This document shows positions 39,046-51,205 of a DNA stretch of 64,000 nt, in pieces. The number at the start of each line of letters is the position of its first letter. The first letter of the stretch is position 1. The position numbers were made by a program, and so were the translations under genes. The notes beneath the pieces are model-generated. The model worked only from the letters and a program-made list of their open reading frames with translations. It did no database searches and had not been told where the DNA came from. The stretch spans positions 162,194,001 through 162,258,000 of the forward strand of contig NC_086097.1 in assembly GCF_963921235.1 (NCBI RefSeq). Direction: 5' to 3'. This DNA is from Mobula hypostoma (lineage: Eukaryota).

Positions 39046-39495
39046 CTGGTGAAGGGGCTGTGAAACGTCAACTGCTTATTGCCCTCCACAGACCTGCCTG
39101 ACTGCTGAGAGTTTCTCCAGCATTGTGTGTGTGTGTGTGTGTGTTGCTCAAGATTTCCAGCATCTGCAGAATCTCTTGTGTTTATGAATGTTTATTAGCA
39201 CATGATTTCAGCAACTACGCATTTTTTCCAAGAAATACAAATACTAAAATATAACACAGGCAAAATGCTGGAGGAACTCAGCAGGTTAGGCAGCATCAAT
39301 GGAGAGGAATAAACAGTCAATGTTTCGGGTTGAGACTGTTCATCAGGACTGGAAAAGATGGGGTGGGGGAATGGAAGAGCCAGAATAAGAAGGTAGGGAG
39401 AGGGGAAGGAGTACAAGCTGGCAGGTGATGGGTGAAGCCAGGTGAGGAGGAAGGTGGATGAAAAAAGCTGTGAGGCTATAGGTGGAAGAGGTATG
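39046..39495. mobile_element. Two Penelope terminal-repeat fragments (plus about 39046-39185, minus about 39252-39495)
   Basis: Same repeat as at 9221, 11009 and 37359; includes a (GT)n tract. Confidence 0.72.
39314..39351 (-). ncRNA. Decayed minimal hammerhead ribozyme motif of a Penelope repeat
   Basis: CAGTC-CTGATGA-acagtctcaaccc-GAAA-catt-GACTG: core boxes and stem I intact, stem II and cleavage triplet mutated. Confidence 0.55.
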
Positions 39496-41599
39496 CCATT
39501 TTCAATTCTCAGATATTCAAGCATTATATATTTCCTTATTTTGATGGCACAATATTTTGATTAATTTTTACATAAGTTGTTCAGGTTTCAAACCAAAAGG
39601 GGAAGTCCAGAAGTATTCTGATGCCACTGTATAAACATGTTTCTGATGCAGCAAGAAAGTTCATTTCAAAGTGATCATCTTTAGATTCTGTAGTCCATAT
39701 TACACTCCAAAATGGAATTACAATTGATGAATAAATGAACATTTTATACATGAGGAAAAATATGGACATTGAGTGTTAATGTAAATTTTGTAGCCTGGGG
39801 AAAAATACACATGCAGTACAACAAATATTTTTTTGGGTCTTAAATTTAGTTATCTGTTTTTGATATTTTATTGCAGAAAGAGGGTATCAAAATAAAAAGA
39901 ACAGTTCCTGCCATTACAATCTCAGTTTAACTTCAGACCACACCCTTGTTACATATGCAGTATGAAAATAACTAGAACAAAATATACAAAACCAGTATGA
40001 TAGTGGCAATTCTAAAAAAAACAATACAAGCAATATTAGAATCCCACCAACCCTGTACCTTATACACAACATGGAAAATATGAATAAATATATCTCATCT
40101 CAACTAAGAGATACAGTATACTCACATTTGGCACACATGTGCTTAACTTCTGAACACTTATAGGCTAGACCTTGAAATGAGTTCTCCTCGCTCATGCTGT
40201 GTGAACAGAGATTAACACGTTCACATTACTCTGTTACATTCACATTTGGTCATGAAACAATAAAGAAAGACAAAGAAACTTTACAATATACTGCCTTGTA
40301 GTTGAATTACTAGAAAGTCTACCCTAGTAGGCCAATGAAGGAACTTCGCAATCACGCTATCCAGCACTAAGCAATTTACTTGTGAAAATCTAAAGCATCC
40401 ACATATAAAACACATCAAGTTACAATATTCTAGATTTACAAACAAGTAAAAATGAATTTACATGGATATTATCAATTATTGTTCACCTTTCCTCACCAAA
40501 CCTGGGAAAAGCATTCGAACGTCGACCTTTATAGAACATGGAAACTCTTCATTCTACTCCTCCCATACAAAATGACATCATCATTTTCTCTTAAAGACAC
40601 AGGAAGCTGTTTTAGCATTACCAAGGTGAATGCTTACATGCACTTTAACAATACAAAATGATATTCAACCGTCACCTGATTACATAAATATAGATCAATT
40701 TGGCTCTGATTTTACAGAAAAAAAGTTTCTCCCTTTTCTAGTCACCTTCATTTTATAATTAACCAATTATTTGTTATGTATGTAACAGCACGTGTAATTG
40801 CTTGAATGTGGTTGTAATCACTTCTATATTTGCATTTTATAAATTGAAGGTAACCCACCTTTATTACTGTTTTTGTGAATTTGTTATGATGAATTGTTGG
40901 CAGAATCTTTAATTAGTATGCAATTCAGTAGGCTCCTGAATGAATGTTTTCCTGAAGCTTTTGTTTCTGTTCCACTGCAGAACTTTGGATGTTTGATTTG
41001 GAAATTTCCTAACATCCAATTAATTTGTTCCATTTTAACCACTGTTTCTTATGCTGGAGTCTTGTCATTGTTATTTGATTAATTGACAACTAAAATAATG
41101 GCACACTGAAATAATGTGTTTGTTTTTTGCCCGAGTTGTGGTAATTTTGTTGTTGTATTCAGTTTAAATGTTTTGTTTAATTGTTTCTACATTTTGTCTT
41201 GTTGATTGCATATTAAATTAACCAAACAAAACTAAATGTTTCTTTTCACATGCCTGTTTTGTATGTGTCTGCATGAAGTTATCAAACAAATCTTTCTTCA
41301 GAGTTCTGCATGTGTCCAGTAAAAATAGTACAGATCATCATGGATTTAACTGATGTTACTAGACGGTTACAGCTATGAATGGCATAGTGCTTTCCAGTTT
41401 TACTAGTTGTATGTATTCATTATGGCAATAACTGCCAATGATTGGAGTTAGCAAGTACAAAACTTGCAGAGAATAAGACAATTGACTCTGCTTAATTTAA
41501 AAAGTGATACTGCAGGAACATGATTCCAAGACTAAACCAGTTACATCCTCTATTGTGCATACAAAAATAAATTTTAAAACATCTTTAAATGGTTGGAAC

Positions 41600-42324
41600 C
41601 AGGGCTGGCAAACCTTTTTGAGAGCATGTACCCAAATTGGCAATTATCTCAAAGATTCTCACGTACCATTGTAATTTTGAGCAGAGATCATCATTGATTA
41701 ATGAATTAGTAATAATAGTCATGGACTTTTCTAAGGAAAAAGGCAGAGTCCTGTTGCTTCTTTATGTATATTCATTATTTTACTGTAAATGGAAGTATAA
41801 TGGAGACAGATTGAAATAAGTGAAACATTTAGAAAGCTTGTTGAAAACTATTAATATTAATCTTTTAAAAAGACAGTTGAAAAATATATATTCATGGAGG
41901 CACTAAACTACATACAGTATTTTCCATTATTATCACCAAATATCCAGTTTTCACTCACGAATAACAGAAGATAAAATATAAACAGAATGAAGCCAATGCC
42001 AACTGGCCCAATTATTTACTATCAAAGTACTGATGTATACACCAAGTCTGAGAGGATTTCAAAACATAGCATCCAGTGACACATATTCTTGCAACTGTCT
42101 AGTTCACATCAAGCCAGCCTGAGACTTTTTCTGTGAAAACATCTCACTGCATTTAGGTCGTAAGTAACCATTCACTGTTTCATTTGGTAGTTTAGGTCAT
42201 CATTATGTATCTTTTTGTTATGGCTAGGGTTTAAAGAATCAAGGGACAGCACTGCATGTTGCATACCAACACAATTTTTTGACATGCTAGTTTAGGTATG
42301 CATGCCATAGGTTCGCCACCCCTG
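41600..42324. mobile_element. Non-autonomous hAT (Charlie-like) transposon
   Basis: TIRs CAGGGCTGGCAAACCT / AGGTTCGCCACCCCTG; 8-bp TSD GTTGGAAC / GTTTGAAC. Confidence 0.85.
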
Positions 42325-43299
42325 GTTTGAACTTTCATCATCATTCTGAATTTATTTATGCCCTTGTTAAGCCTTCTTGTAATGGACGATATCATAATTG
42401 ACACCACTGGTAAACAATTAATTTCTGAACTATAAATAGTTCTAACCTTGGCAGACACTTCAAAATGTACTTGAGGGAGAGAAATGCTGGGATGGGTTTT
42501 CTTTTGTTCTTTTGGCTTAACTTAACAAATGCTCTAAAGTTCCTTAATTCCAATTTTATTTTAAGCTGATTGAAGAAGTATTTAAACTAATTTAACTCTA
42601 CAGATTTTAAAAATACATCATGTAATTTTTAAAAAGTTTTGATTTGATTTAGGGAAAAAGGGTTAAAAGCAATGTTTCAATTTAGCAATGCAGTTTCTGT
42701 TCTAATGATAAAAGATAAATGGAATCTGATTTAATTTTATTTAACTTACTGTACATGCTTAATCAGAAAGTACAATTGGGTATATTTGGTGTTAATTTCA
42801 ATTTCTTTAAATCTAATTACCACATGCTTTGAAAGAACATGCTATTTCTCAAATGAATGAATATTTTGAGAATAATAGATTCTTTAGATCAATTGTATCT
42901 CATTGAGAGGATATGGAGTTCTCGGACATGAACAAAACCAGTGTGTGGTTAATTAAGTACATAGTTAAATTACAGCCTTTAAATTGCAACACTATTATTT
43001 TAAATATATCCCATTGTGGGTTTCCTTTCTGCGGTTGATGTTTGTATGTTGTAGTTTGCGTATACATCATTCAGCCCGAGTAGTAATGTGTAAAAATATC
43101 ACATTGGGCACTAAACAGTATGGTATTATTGAGAAATAAAGTGCAGCTAACCGCTGCCAAATATTTGGTTCAGTATATACTGTGAGATTGTTGTGACTTG
43201 TGTCTCCAAAATGAAATTGCTGGCAGTCATTGATATTCCTTTCATAATGAGAAAAATCAAGGATAGCACAATACTAACCAGCAAATTCTTGCAATCCAG

Positions 43300-43455
43300 A
43301 TTCAGCCACAAGAAATAAGTCCTCCACCTACAGCTAACTTGGATCGTTCCAATGACAAAGTATATGAAAATGTGACTGGATTGGTGAAGGCAGTAATAGA
43401 AATGTCCAGTAAAATCCAACCAGCACCTCCAGAGGAATACATACCAATGGTGAAG
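43300..43455 (+). CDS. PTK2: FAK coding exon, start of FAT domain with Ser910/Tyr925 equivalents (IQPQEISPPPTANLDRSNDKVYENVTGLVKAVIEMSSKIQPAPPEEYIPMVK)
   Basis: atccag acceptor with TACTAAC at 43272-43278, AAG|gtgagt donor, 156 nt; near-identical to vertebrate FAK. Confidence 0.98.
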
Positions 43456-43543
43456 GTGAGTAATGTCTATAAATGGATACTTCTGGACTTGTGAGCCTGA
43501 TTAATTCATAATCTTTGGGAAAAAGTACTAATATGAATGATTG

Positions 43544-43898
43544 CAGACATCCCACCCTGCAAAAACTCATTTCAGGGAGGTAGCACCATCAATTTGCGGG
43601 AGACTTCCGGGAGAGGTGGGATGTCTGCAACAGAGTAGCTCCTTAGCAGCTGGCCAGCTAGTTTAAATAACATTAGCTGTGCTAATAACGAATGACACCT
43701 GTTAAACTCACCTCAACATGTCTTTTACAGTCTTACCCCACCATGCGCAATAGAAAAGTCACTGTTGCAAACTGTGCAGCGAGCAACACCGTCATTATTT
43801 TGACCCCTATTAGGCAGGGGTACACTTTAGTGTAGTCTGGAGTGACGTACGTTTTATATTTTTTTGGAACACTCTGCCATGGTGCGCGCGCGCTCGTG

Positions 43899-43937
<39 letters not shown>

Positions 43938-44142
43938 GTGGTTGCTCACGCGCTCTCAAGCGCTCTCGCTTGCTTTTTCGCTCGCTCTCTCTCTCTCTCT
44001 CTCGCTCGCGCACTCTTTCTTGTCACTCTCGCTCGCTCTCAAAAGTTGATTTCCGTATTATTGTATATAAATTGTGGGCATCAGGGAGCCACTATTAATA
44101 TGCAGGAGACTCCCAGAAGTTCTGGGAGAGGTGGGATGTCTG
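43544..44142. mobile_element. MITE with 13-bp perfect TIRs and 6-bp TSD, containing a (CT)n microsatellite
   Basis: TGATTG|CAGACATCCCACC...GGTGGGATGTCTG|TGATTG; (CT)n/CTCG repeats at about 43901-44040. Confidence 0.85.
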
Positions 44143-45097
44143 TGATTGATTGGTAAGAAGAATATACCATGGGCCTTTCACCCCTGGAGCTAAATTAAAG
44201 AAAGACTGATGTTTGAAACTCACCTATAACTGTTGGTGTTAGGGTTCAAGATAAAATGGTTTCACCAACTTCCAATCATGGATAAAACTACTTCTAATGT
44301 TATAAAACACACAGTCCCACTCAGAAGGAAATGAAAAATATTACACACTTGTATATTTTTAAAATAACAAGTAAAAGATTGTCTACATTGCTCTGAGAAT
44401 TAAGTACTTTGTAAGACTATATTTCAGAGGTTTGAAGCACTGAAAGCAAACAATGAGCTGAGGACTGTTACCACGCATCTTATTCATTGCAATAGTCCCT
44501 GCCAAATGTACTACTTACAGACTTTTGCTGGTACAGCCTTTCTGGGTCATAGTTGAAGGAAGATCATAAATCCAAGTAACAGGTATTTTCCAGATGACAA
44601 TATTTCTTTGCAAGAAGCTCAGAAGGAAAATCAGCTCCCTAATCTTGAGACTTTGCATGTTAAACTGAATTTTGAGATGCAGAGGCATTAGTATTAATAT
44701 TATACTCATGATGTAACTTGTCTTTTTCATTTCTGTAAATCAAAGAACTTTTTCTTTTTGTGATCTTGTAACTTTTATGATGCTTCCCACAATAATGGGG
44801 TAAGTTATATTAACTCATTGGTAAATCTTAATTCTGTTCTAAAGATGAGATGAAGAGTAACCCAGTAAGTATAAAAATAATGTGATACATTTTATAACTC
44901 ACCCCATCAAAGAACAATTCTAATGAGTACTTGAATGAAATGTTTTAGAGTGTAACAAATTAATCGTTTAAATACTCAGTAAAATATTTCAAATAGTATC
45001 ATTCAGTTTCATTAAATTTGAACAATGAAGCAAATTGTATAGAAGATTGATGAGTACATTATAAACTGTGCTTTGATTCTGGTTAATGTATTCTCAG

Positions 45098-45178
45098 GAG
45101 GTTGGTTTGGCATTAAGGACATTGTTGGCGACTGTAGATGAAACTATTTCGTCACTCCCAGCAAGCACCCACAGAGAG
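45098..45178 (+). CDS. PTK2: FAK coding exon, FAT domain (EVGLALRTLLATVDETISSLPASTHRE)
   Basis: ttctcag acceptor, GAG|gtgagc donor, 81 nt. Confidence 0.97.
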
Positions 45179-45594
45179 GTGAGCCAATAAAAAATCATAA
45201 CCTTACTTGATTAATTAATACCTATTTACAAAGTTACTCCTTAATTTAGTCTGAGTCAAACTATATGTGAGTTTAGGTGATACATTTGAATTCACTTTTA
45301 TCAGCTTCATTCATTGTAAGTTCTTGCGCCCGTTCACAACAGAAACTGCTGCTTTAAATACATGCCCTACTGCCTAACATATTGAATGGAAACAATGCAG
45401 TTCCAGTACCAGAGGGTAAGCTTAATTATGATCACCACAATTAGGGGCAGTTGAATTTATAATGAAGATTAAAAATCAGGACAAAATGTATGTTGACTAA
45501 ATTAGAGGGGCTATGTGTGAGCAAATCTTGTTTCAGTTAATATTGCATATAATCTTAATTATCTTCATGCAACACCCTCAGAAGTTAACTACTA

Positions 45595-47205
45595 CAGGTT
45601 TCCCCCGCCATCCGAAGGTAGAGTGTTCCTCTGAAACGGTTCATAAGCCAGAATGTCGTAAAGTGAAGAAGCAATTACCATTTATTTATATGGGAAAATT
45701 TGTGAGTGTTCGCAGACCCAAAAAATAACCTACCAAATCATGCCAAATAACACATAAGACCTAAAATAACAGTAACATATAGTAAAAGCAGGAATGATAT
45801 GATGAATACACAGCCTATATAAAGTAGAAATACTTTCCCACAATAATTGCCTGCACTGTTCTCCGTAGCGAAAATCTCGTGCAAGTGCTCTCGGCAAAAA
45901 CACGGCACAAGCGCTCTCCAGTAACCTTTAAGCTATGAAACTGCCAAATCATACCAAATAACGCATAAAAATACACAGCCGATATAAAGTGGAAATAATG
46001 TATGTACAGTGTAGTATCACTTCCTGGAATTGGGAAGACAGCGTCGAGCACACTGATGATGGTGTGTTAGGCTGAGTCGTCGGAGGTTGGGGTGGTGCAG
46101 TGGCCCCCACCCTCTGGACAGCGAGCCAATACCGATCCGCGAAGCATGCAGTGGTCCAGTGGTGCCCGGGACGCACCCAACACATCTTTAAGAAAAAAGC
46201 TGAAATAAACAAGCTAATTAATTAGGTGCCGCCCAGCACGTAAATGTCGGCCCAGATCAGAGGCGACGAAATCGGCAATCGTCTCTGATCTGGGCCAACA
46301 TTTACGTGCTGGGCGGCACCAAATTAATTAGCTTGTTTATTTTGGCTTTTTTTCTTAAAGCTGCGCTGGGTGCCTCCCGGCTACCGCTGCATTCTCTACA
46401 GATCGGTATCTGTCCGCGGCCCGGGGTTTGGGGTGGCGGGACACTGGGGTGTCATCTCGTCGTCTGTTTCCATGAGGGTAGGCTGGTCATCTTCTTCTAT
46501 ATCTGCCTGCCTCGATGTCAAAGGTCGAGGTTCGTCGTCTTCTGTGGCTGATGTGGAAGGCTTGCTTGACTGCTTAGCCTCGCGCATTTTTAGATCATAC
46601 AGTTCTTTGTAAGCACTCAAACCATCCTGCAAATATGCCCTAAACTGACATACCCTTTCAAAATTAAAGTCGTACTTCATCATTGCAGCGAAAATCTCAC
46701 ATAGTTGCCTCATGTTCGGTTCCTGGACGACTTCACTTTCGGTCGGTTCGCTACTGCATTCGGTTTTGATTGTTATTCTTTCCTCTTGCAATTGCATCAG
46801 CTCTTCATATATCATTTCTTGGTCATGGGATGCCAAAACTTCTTCAACATCAACTTCATCAACTTCCAGAAGCCAAACTCACTTTGTCCTTGCTTCGTTC
46901 ACCATGATCGAAACGCTTAATTATGTCTAGTTTTACGCTAAGTGTAACACCCTTACCAGCTCTTTCAGGCTTTTCCGATACCTTAGAACTCATCTTGCAA
47001 ACAGCTGCTCACAGGTGTGTGTTTAAGCAATGCCGGTGAGAATGCAGTTCCGAATCCGGGGGAGGAGCGGCTGTTTTTTTTCCATGCGCTGCTTTTTTTC
47101 GTAACGGTGAAAACACCTTCTGTTAGCGAAAACAGGTAACTAATGTAGGTCTTTCATAACATGGAGGTTTCGTAAAGTGAACATTCGAAAAGCGGGGGAC
47201 ACCTG
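45595..47205 (-). mobile_element. Internally deleted Tigger/pogo transposon
   Basis: TA|CAGGTTTCCCCCGC...GCGGGGGACACCTG|TA; minus strand MSSKVSEKPERAGKGVTLSVKLDIIKRFDHGE (HTH start) followed by C-terminal ORF 46396..46836; DDE core missing. Confidence 0.88.
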
Positions 47206-47671
47206 TATATAAATGACACACGAAGTGTGCTGTTGCTTGTAATAGATAGATAGATATACTTTATTGATCCCGAGGGAAATTGGGTTTCGTTACAGCTGCA
47301 CCAACCAAGAATAGAGCATAAATATAGCAATACAAAAACCACAAACAATCAAACAACAATATGCAAGCAATGCCAGATGGAAATAAGTCCAGGACCAGCC
47401 TATTGGCTCAGGCTGTCTGACCCTCCACGGGAGGAGCAGCAAAGTTCGATGGCCACAGGCAGGAACAACCTCCCATGACGCTCAGTGTTGTATCTCGGTG
47501 AAATATGGCTAATGCATATGTTTAGCAAGAACATTTCCTCCTTTTCACTCGTATCATCAAAGTTACAGTTGACCTACAAAGTTCTGGAAATCGGTTTCTG
47601 AACCTCAAGCATTAACTCTGTCTTTCTCTCTCTAGAGGTGCTGCTTGGCATAAAGGATATTTGCAACATTG

Positions 47672-48630
47672 TAGAACATAGAATATTAAACAGTACAGTA
47701 CAGGTCCTTCAGCCCACAATGTTGTGCCAATATTTTTAACTTATTGCACAATCAATCTAACCCTTCCCTCCTACATAGCCCTCCATTTTTCTGATTAAAA
47801 GGCTCTTAAATATCTCGAAGATATCTGCCACTACCTCCACCCCGGCAGCGTATTCCAAACACTTACCACTCAAGAACAGACTACCCCTCTTATGTTCCTC
47901 CAATCACCTTAACATTATGCCCTCTTGTATTAGCTATTTCTACCTTGAACGAGTCTCTGGTTCACTCAATCAATGTTTCATATCTTATACACCCCTATGA
48001 AGTCACCTCTCATCCTCCTTCACTCCAATACATAAAGCCATAGCTCTCAAGCTTTCCCAAGAAGGCATATTCTCTAATCTAGGCAGCATCCCAATATATC
48101 TCCTCTGCAACCTCTCTAAAGCTTCCACATCCTTCCTATAAGGAGGCGACCAGAACTCAACACAATTTTCCAAATGTGATCAAACCAGAGTTTTATAGAA
48201 CTGCAACATTAGCTGGCAACTCATTCCCTGGACTAATTAAGGCAAACACACCTCCTTAACTACCCTAGAAACTTCACAGCAACTGTGGGGGATCTATGGA
48301 CATGGACACCAAAATCCCTCTGTTCCTCCACTCTGTTAAGAATCCTGCTATTAACCCTGCACTTTACCTTCAAATTCAACCTTCCAAAGTATATCACTTC
48401 ACACTTTTCCAAATTGAACTCTATCTGCCACATCTCAGCCCTGTTTTCCATCCTATCAATGTACCGTTGTAACCTACAACAATCTTCTACACTGTTCTCG
48501 ACACCACTAACCTTTGTGTCATCTGCAAACGTACTAACCTACCCTTCCACTTTCTTAACCAAGCCATCTATAAAAATCACAAAGAGCAAAAGTCCCAGAA
48601 CAGATCCTTGCAGAACACTACTGGTCACCT
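47672..48630 (-). mobile_element. Degraded CR1 (RT to 3' end)
   Basis: FADDTK and WQIEFNLEKCEV motifs; ORF 48260..48451. Confidence 0.85.
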
Positions 48631-48997
48631 AACCTCCAGACAGGACCACCAAATTAAGGAACAGTTATTACGCCTCAACCTTCAGGCTCTTGAACCAGAG
48701 GAGATATCTTCACTCAACTTCATTCGCCCCCATCACTGAACTGTTCCTGCAACTTTGGACTCACTTTCAAGAAGTCTTCATCTCATTTTCTCGCTATTTA
48801 TTGTTTGTTTATTTATTTGTTTTTTTTTATTTTCTCTTTATTTTTGTATTTGCAGTTGATTAGTTGTTTTTTTTTTGTCCAGCCTAGTGTGGTCTTTCAT
48901 TGATTCTATTATGTTTCTTGCATTTACTGTCAATGACCACAAGAAAATGAATCTCAGGTTTGTATATTTTGACACATGCTGTATGTACTTTGACAAT

Positions 48998-49603
48998 TGT
49001 AACTGGGTTTTGGTTACACTGGCTGCTGAGGTGTCTAAAATAGCTTTTCTGTAATAATAACTGTGATGTAAGGAGTTCTCTCTCTCCCTGCTTGTTTGGG
49101 TTATATTATTGACAAGAGAGGGAACAAACCAATGAGTGTCCATGTTATTCTTTTTGTGGGTGATATTCTGTCTCATATGGCTGCGGACCTTGTGGTTTGG
49201 TGGGTTTTTCAGGAGGAAAACCGAAGAGGAAGGATGTGCTGGACGCACTCTAGTTGACCACCGTGGGTGGTCGCAGGCAACAGGTTGAGAAGGTTGGAGA
49301 AGATCAACTGGTGGAAAGAAGACCCCGTTAATTGAGCTCCAATGGTTGTGCATGAAGTGGTTGAACTCTGATAAGTTTGGTGCCTTTTACTTTCCTTTTA
49401 TATTGTATCTCTATTAATTACATAGTTCCATTAAGGTCTATAAAGTGTCATCTGTAAATCTTACATTGTGTGCTGTCTGATATTTGATGTGTGAGTTTGT
49501 ACCAGGGTGCATTACACAGCAACTACGCAAATGTGAGACACGGTTTGGCGGGCAGATGGGGTTTCTCCTAGATAAACACAAGCCGATAGCCCTGAGCCTT
49601 ACA
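48998..49603 (+). mobile_element. LTR of an LTR retrotransposon followed by a tRNA-Pro-like primer binding site
   Basis: TGTAAC...CTTACA ends; TGGGATGCTCGTCCGG at 49607-49622 resembles the tRNA-Pro PBS TGGGGGCTCGTCCGGGAT. Confidence 0.7.
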
Positions 49604-49636
49604 TTGTGGGATGCTCGTCCGGTTTTGGATAGTGTG

Positions 49637-50251
49637 TGTAGCCTCCTGGTAAGCCTCAGGCTCGTTCAGCTCGCTTTTGTCTCGGGGAGGCAGCCTTCGG
49701 CCCCGCCAAGCTGGGTAATCAAGTTTGTGTGGATGCTGTGTAATGCACCCCACACCACCAAATAACAGATAGTACACCATATGCGATTAAATGATTACAC
49801 TTTATAATGATTTCTCAGTGATAGGCTAGCAGAAACAAATAAAATTAAAGGCGCCAAATCAATAAATTTTATCAGTACTGTGCACTGTAATTCATTGGAG
49901 CTCACGAAATGGGATATCCTTTCCTCCAGTCGATGTCCTCCGGATTCCGCCGGGTCCCAAGCCTCCGCTTGGGGTCTGCTCCACTAGCCAGCTCACAGCA
50001 TCTTTCCGTGTGCATCTTCTCTCTTCATCCCCATGGCACGTTCTCACCAAAGCCCACAAAAAACAATAGCTTTCACACGCAAGAAAGAATAACGTCTATT
50101 CTGTTGCTTAGCAATGGCATTCCAAAGTCAAGTTATCTATGATTATAACCCAAATATGCTACTATAGAGAACCCCTTACATCAGCAGTTAATATTACAAA
50201 GAAGTCATTTTATTAGCCTTAGCAGTTAACATGAAAAAGAAACCCCTTATA
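49637..50251 (-). mobile_element. Second, related but diverged LTR in inverted orientation
   Basis: Minus strand TATAAGGGG...GGCTACA; shares colinear blocks with 48998-49603 (GATGTAAGG.GTTCTCT, TTTGGGTTATA, GAGCTCCAATG, TATAAAGTGT, GGGTGCATTACACAGCA). Confidence 0.65.
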
Positions 50252-51205
50252 CAATAAATTTACTTTGAATTTTGAACTAATCTATCCTTGCATTAGCCTT
50301 GGTGCAGAAATAATTTATACTGAACAACAAGCAGTATACTATCTGTAGTCTATCCAATGCCTTGAACAAATACATATTAATTTTCTTTGTCTTTATGCTA
50401 ACATAAGAATGTATCAAATACAGGATTCCCTTTGCCTTTATATTATGCTTCAAACCTTCATTCCCATCCTTACTGTCTATTCTCTGCCATCACCAGTCTT
50501 TTCACCTGTTTGTGTCTTCCAGTATAGTTGTCAACAATTATGACATGCACTGTTCACTATAATTATTATCTCTCAATACCTGTGTGGCAGTGGGCAGATC
50601 CAGCAGAATCTAGACAGCCTGTAATGACCTATTAGACAATTATTTCATCCTTGAGCACAGATGTACAGTAGTTTGTGTTGAAAGATACATTTAAAAATGT
50701 CGAAAATATAGGGCAATGCAATAGGGTAATTCCATGCAGCTTCTAGAGTAGGTTACATGGTCAGCACAATGTTGTGGGCCGATGGGCCTGTAATGTGCTG
50801 TAGACTCCTATGTTCTGAATGCAAGCTGAAAAGGTATTTTGAGTGTCACAGTACACGTGACATCACACTATATGAATAAACTCACACTATTTTCTTTATT
50901 AAGATTAATTTTTTTTGAAATAAAAAAAGTTAAAATTGGTCAATTAGATCAAATTGGGTACAGAAAGTGAGGATAAAGAGATTCAGGTAAGGGAAGGGGA
51001 AATGAGGAACAAGGGAAAAAGTATTTTTTATATAACAGTTTAAAAAAATACCCCTGTGTACAAGAATGAGTCTTTAACTTAAACTTGCTTCCTTTCTCAG
51101 CTAAAGAGGTTTATAGGCAATAATTAACAGTTACCACATAATTGAATTGGTGCTTCTTTATTAGTGTTAACCTTAACTTTGTCTTGTGATTTAAAAAGTC
51201 TGTAA

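Noticed and set aside
43810..44156. RE/LS-repeat ORFs
   Set aside because: Translations of a (CT)n microsatellite
46396..46836. 146-aa acidic ORF as a possible host or domesticated gene
   Set aside because: Lies between TA-flanked TIRs and is the C-terminal remnant of a deleted Tigger transposase
48838..49353. 171-aa minus-strand ORF
   Set aside because: Spans an LTR/host-repeat junction and has no recognisable motif
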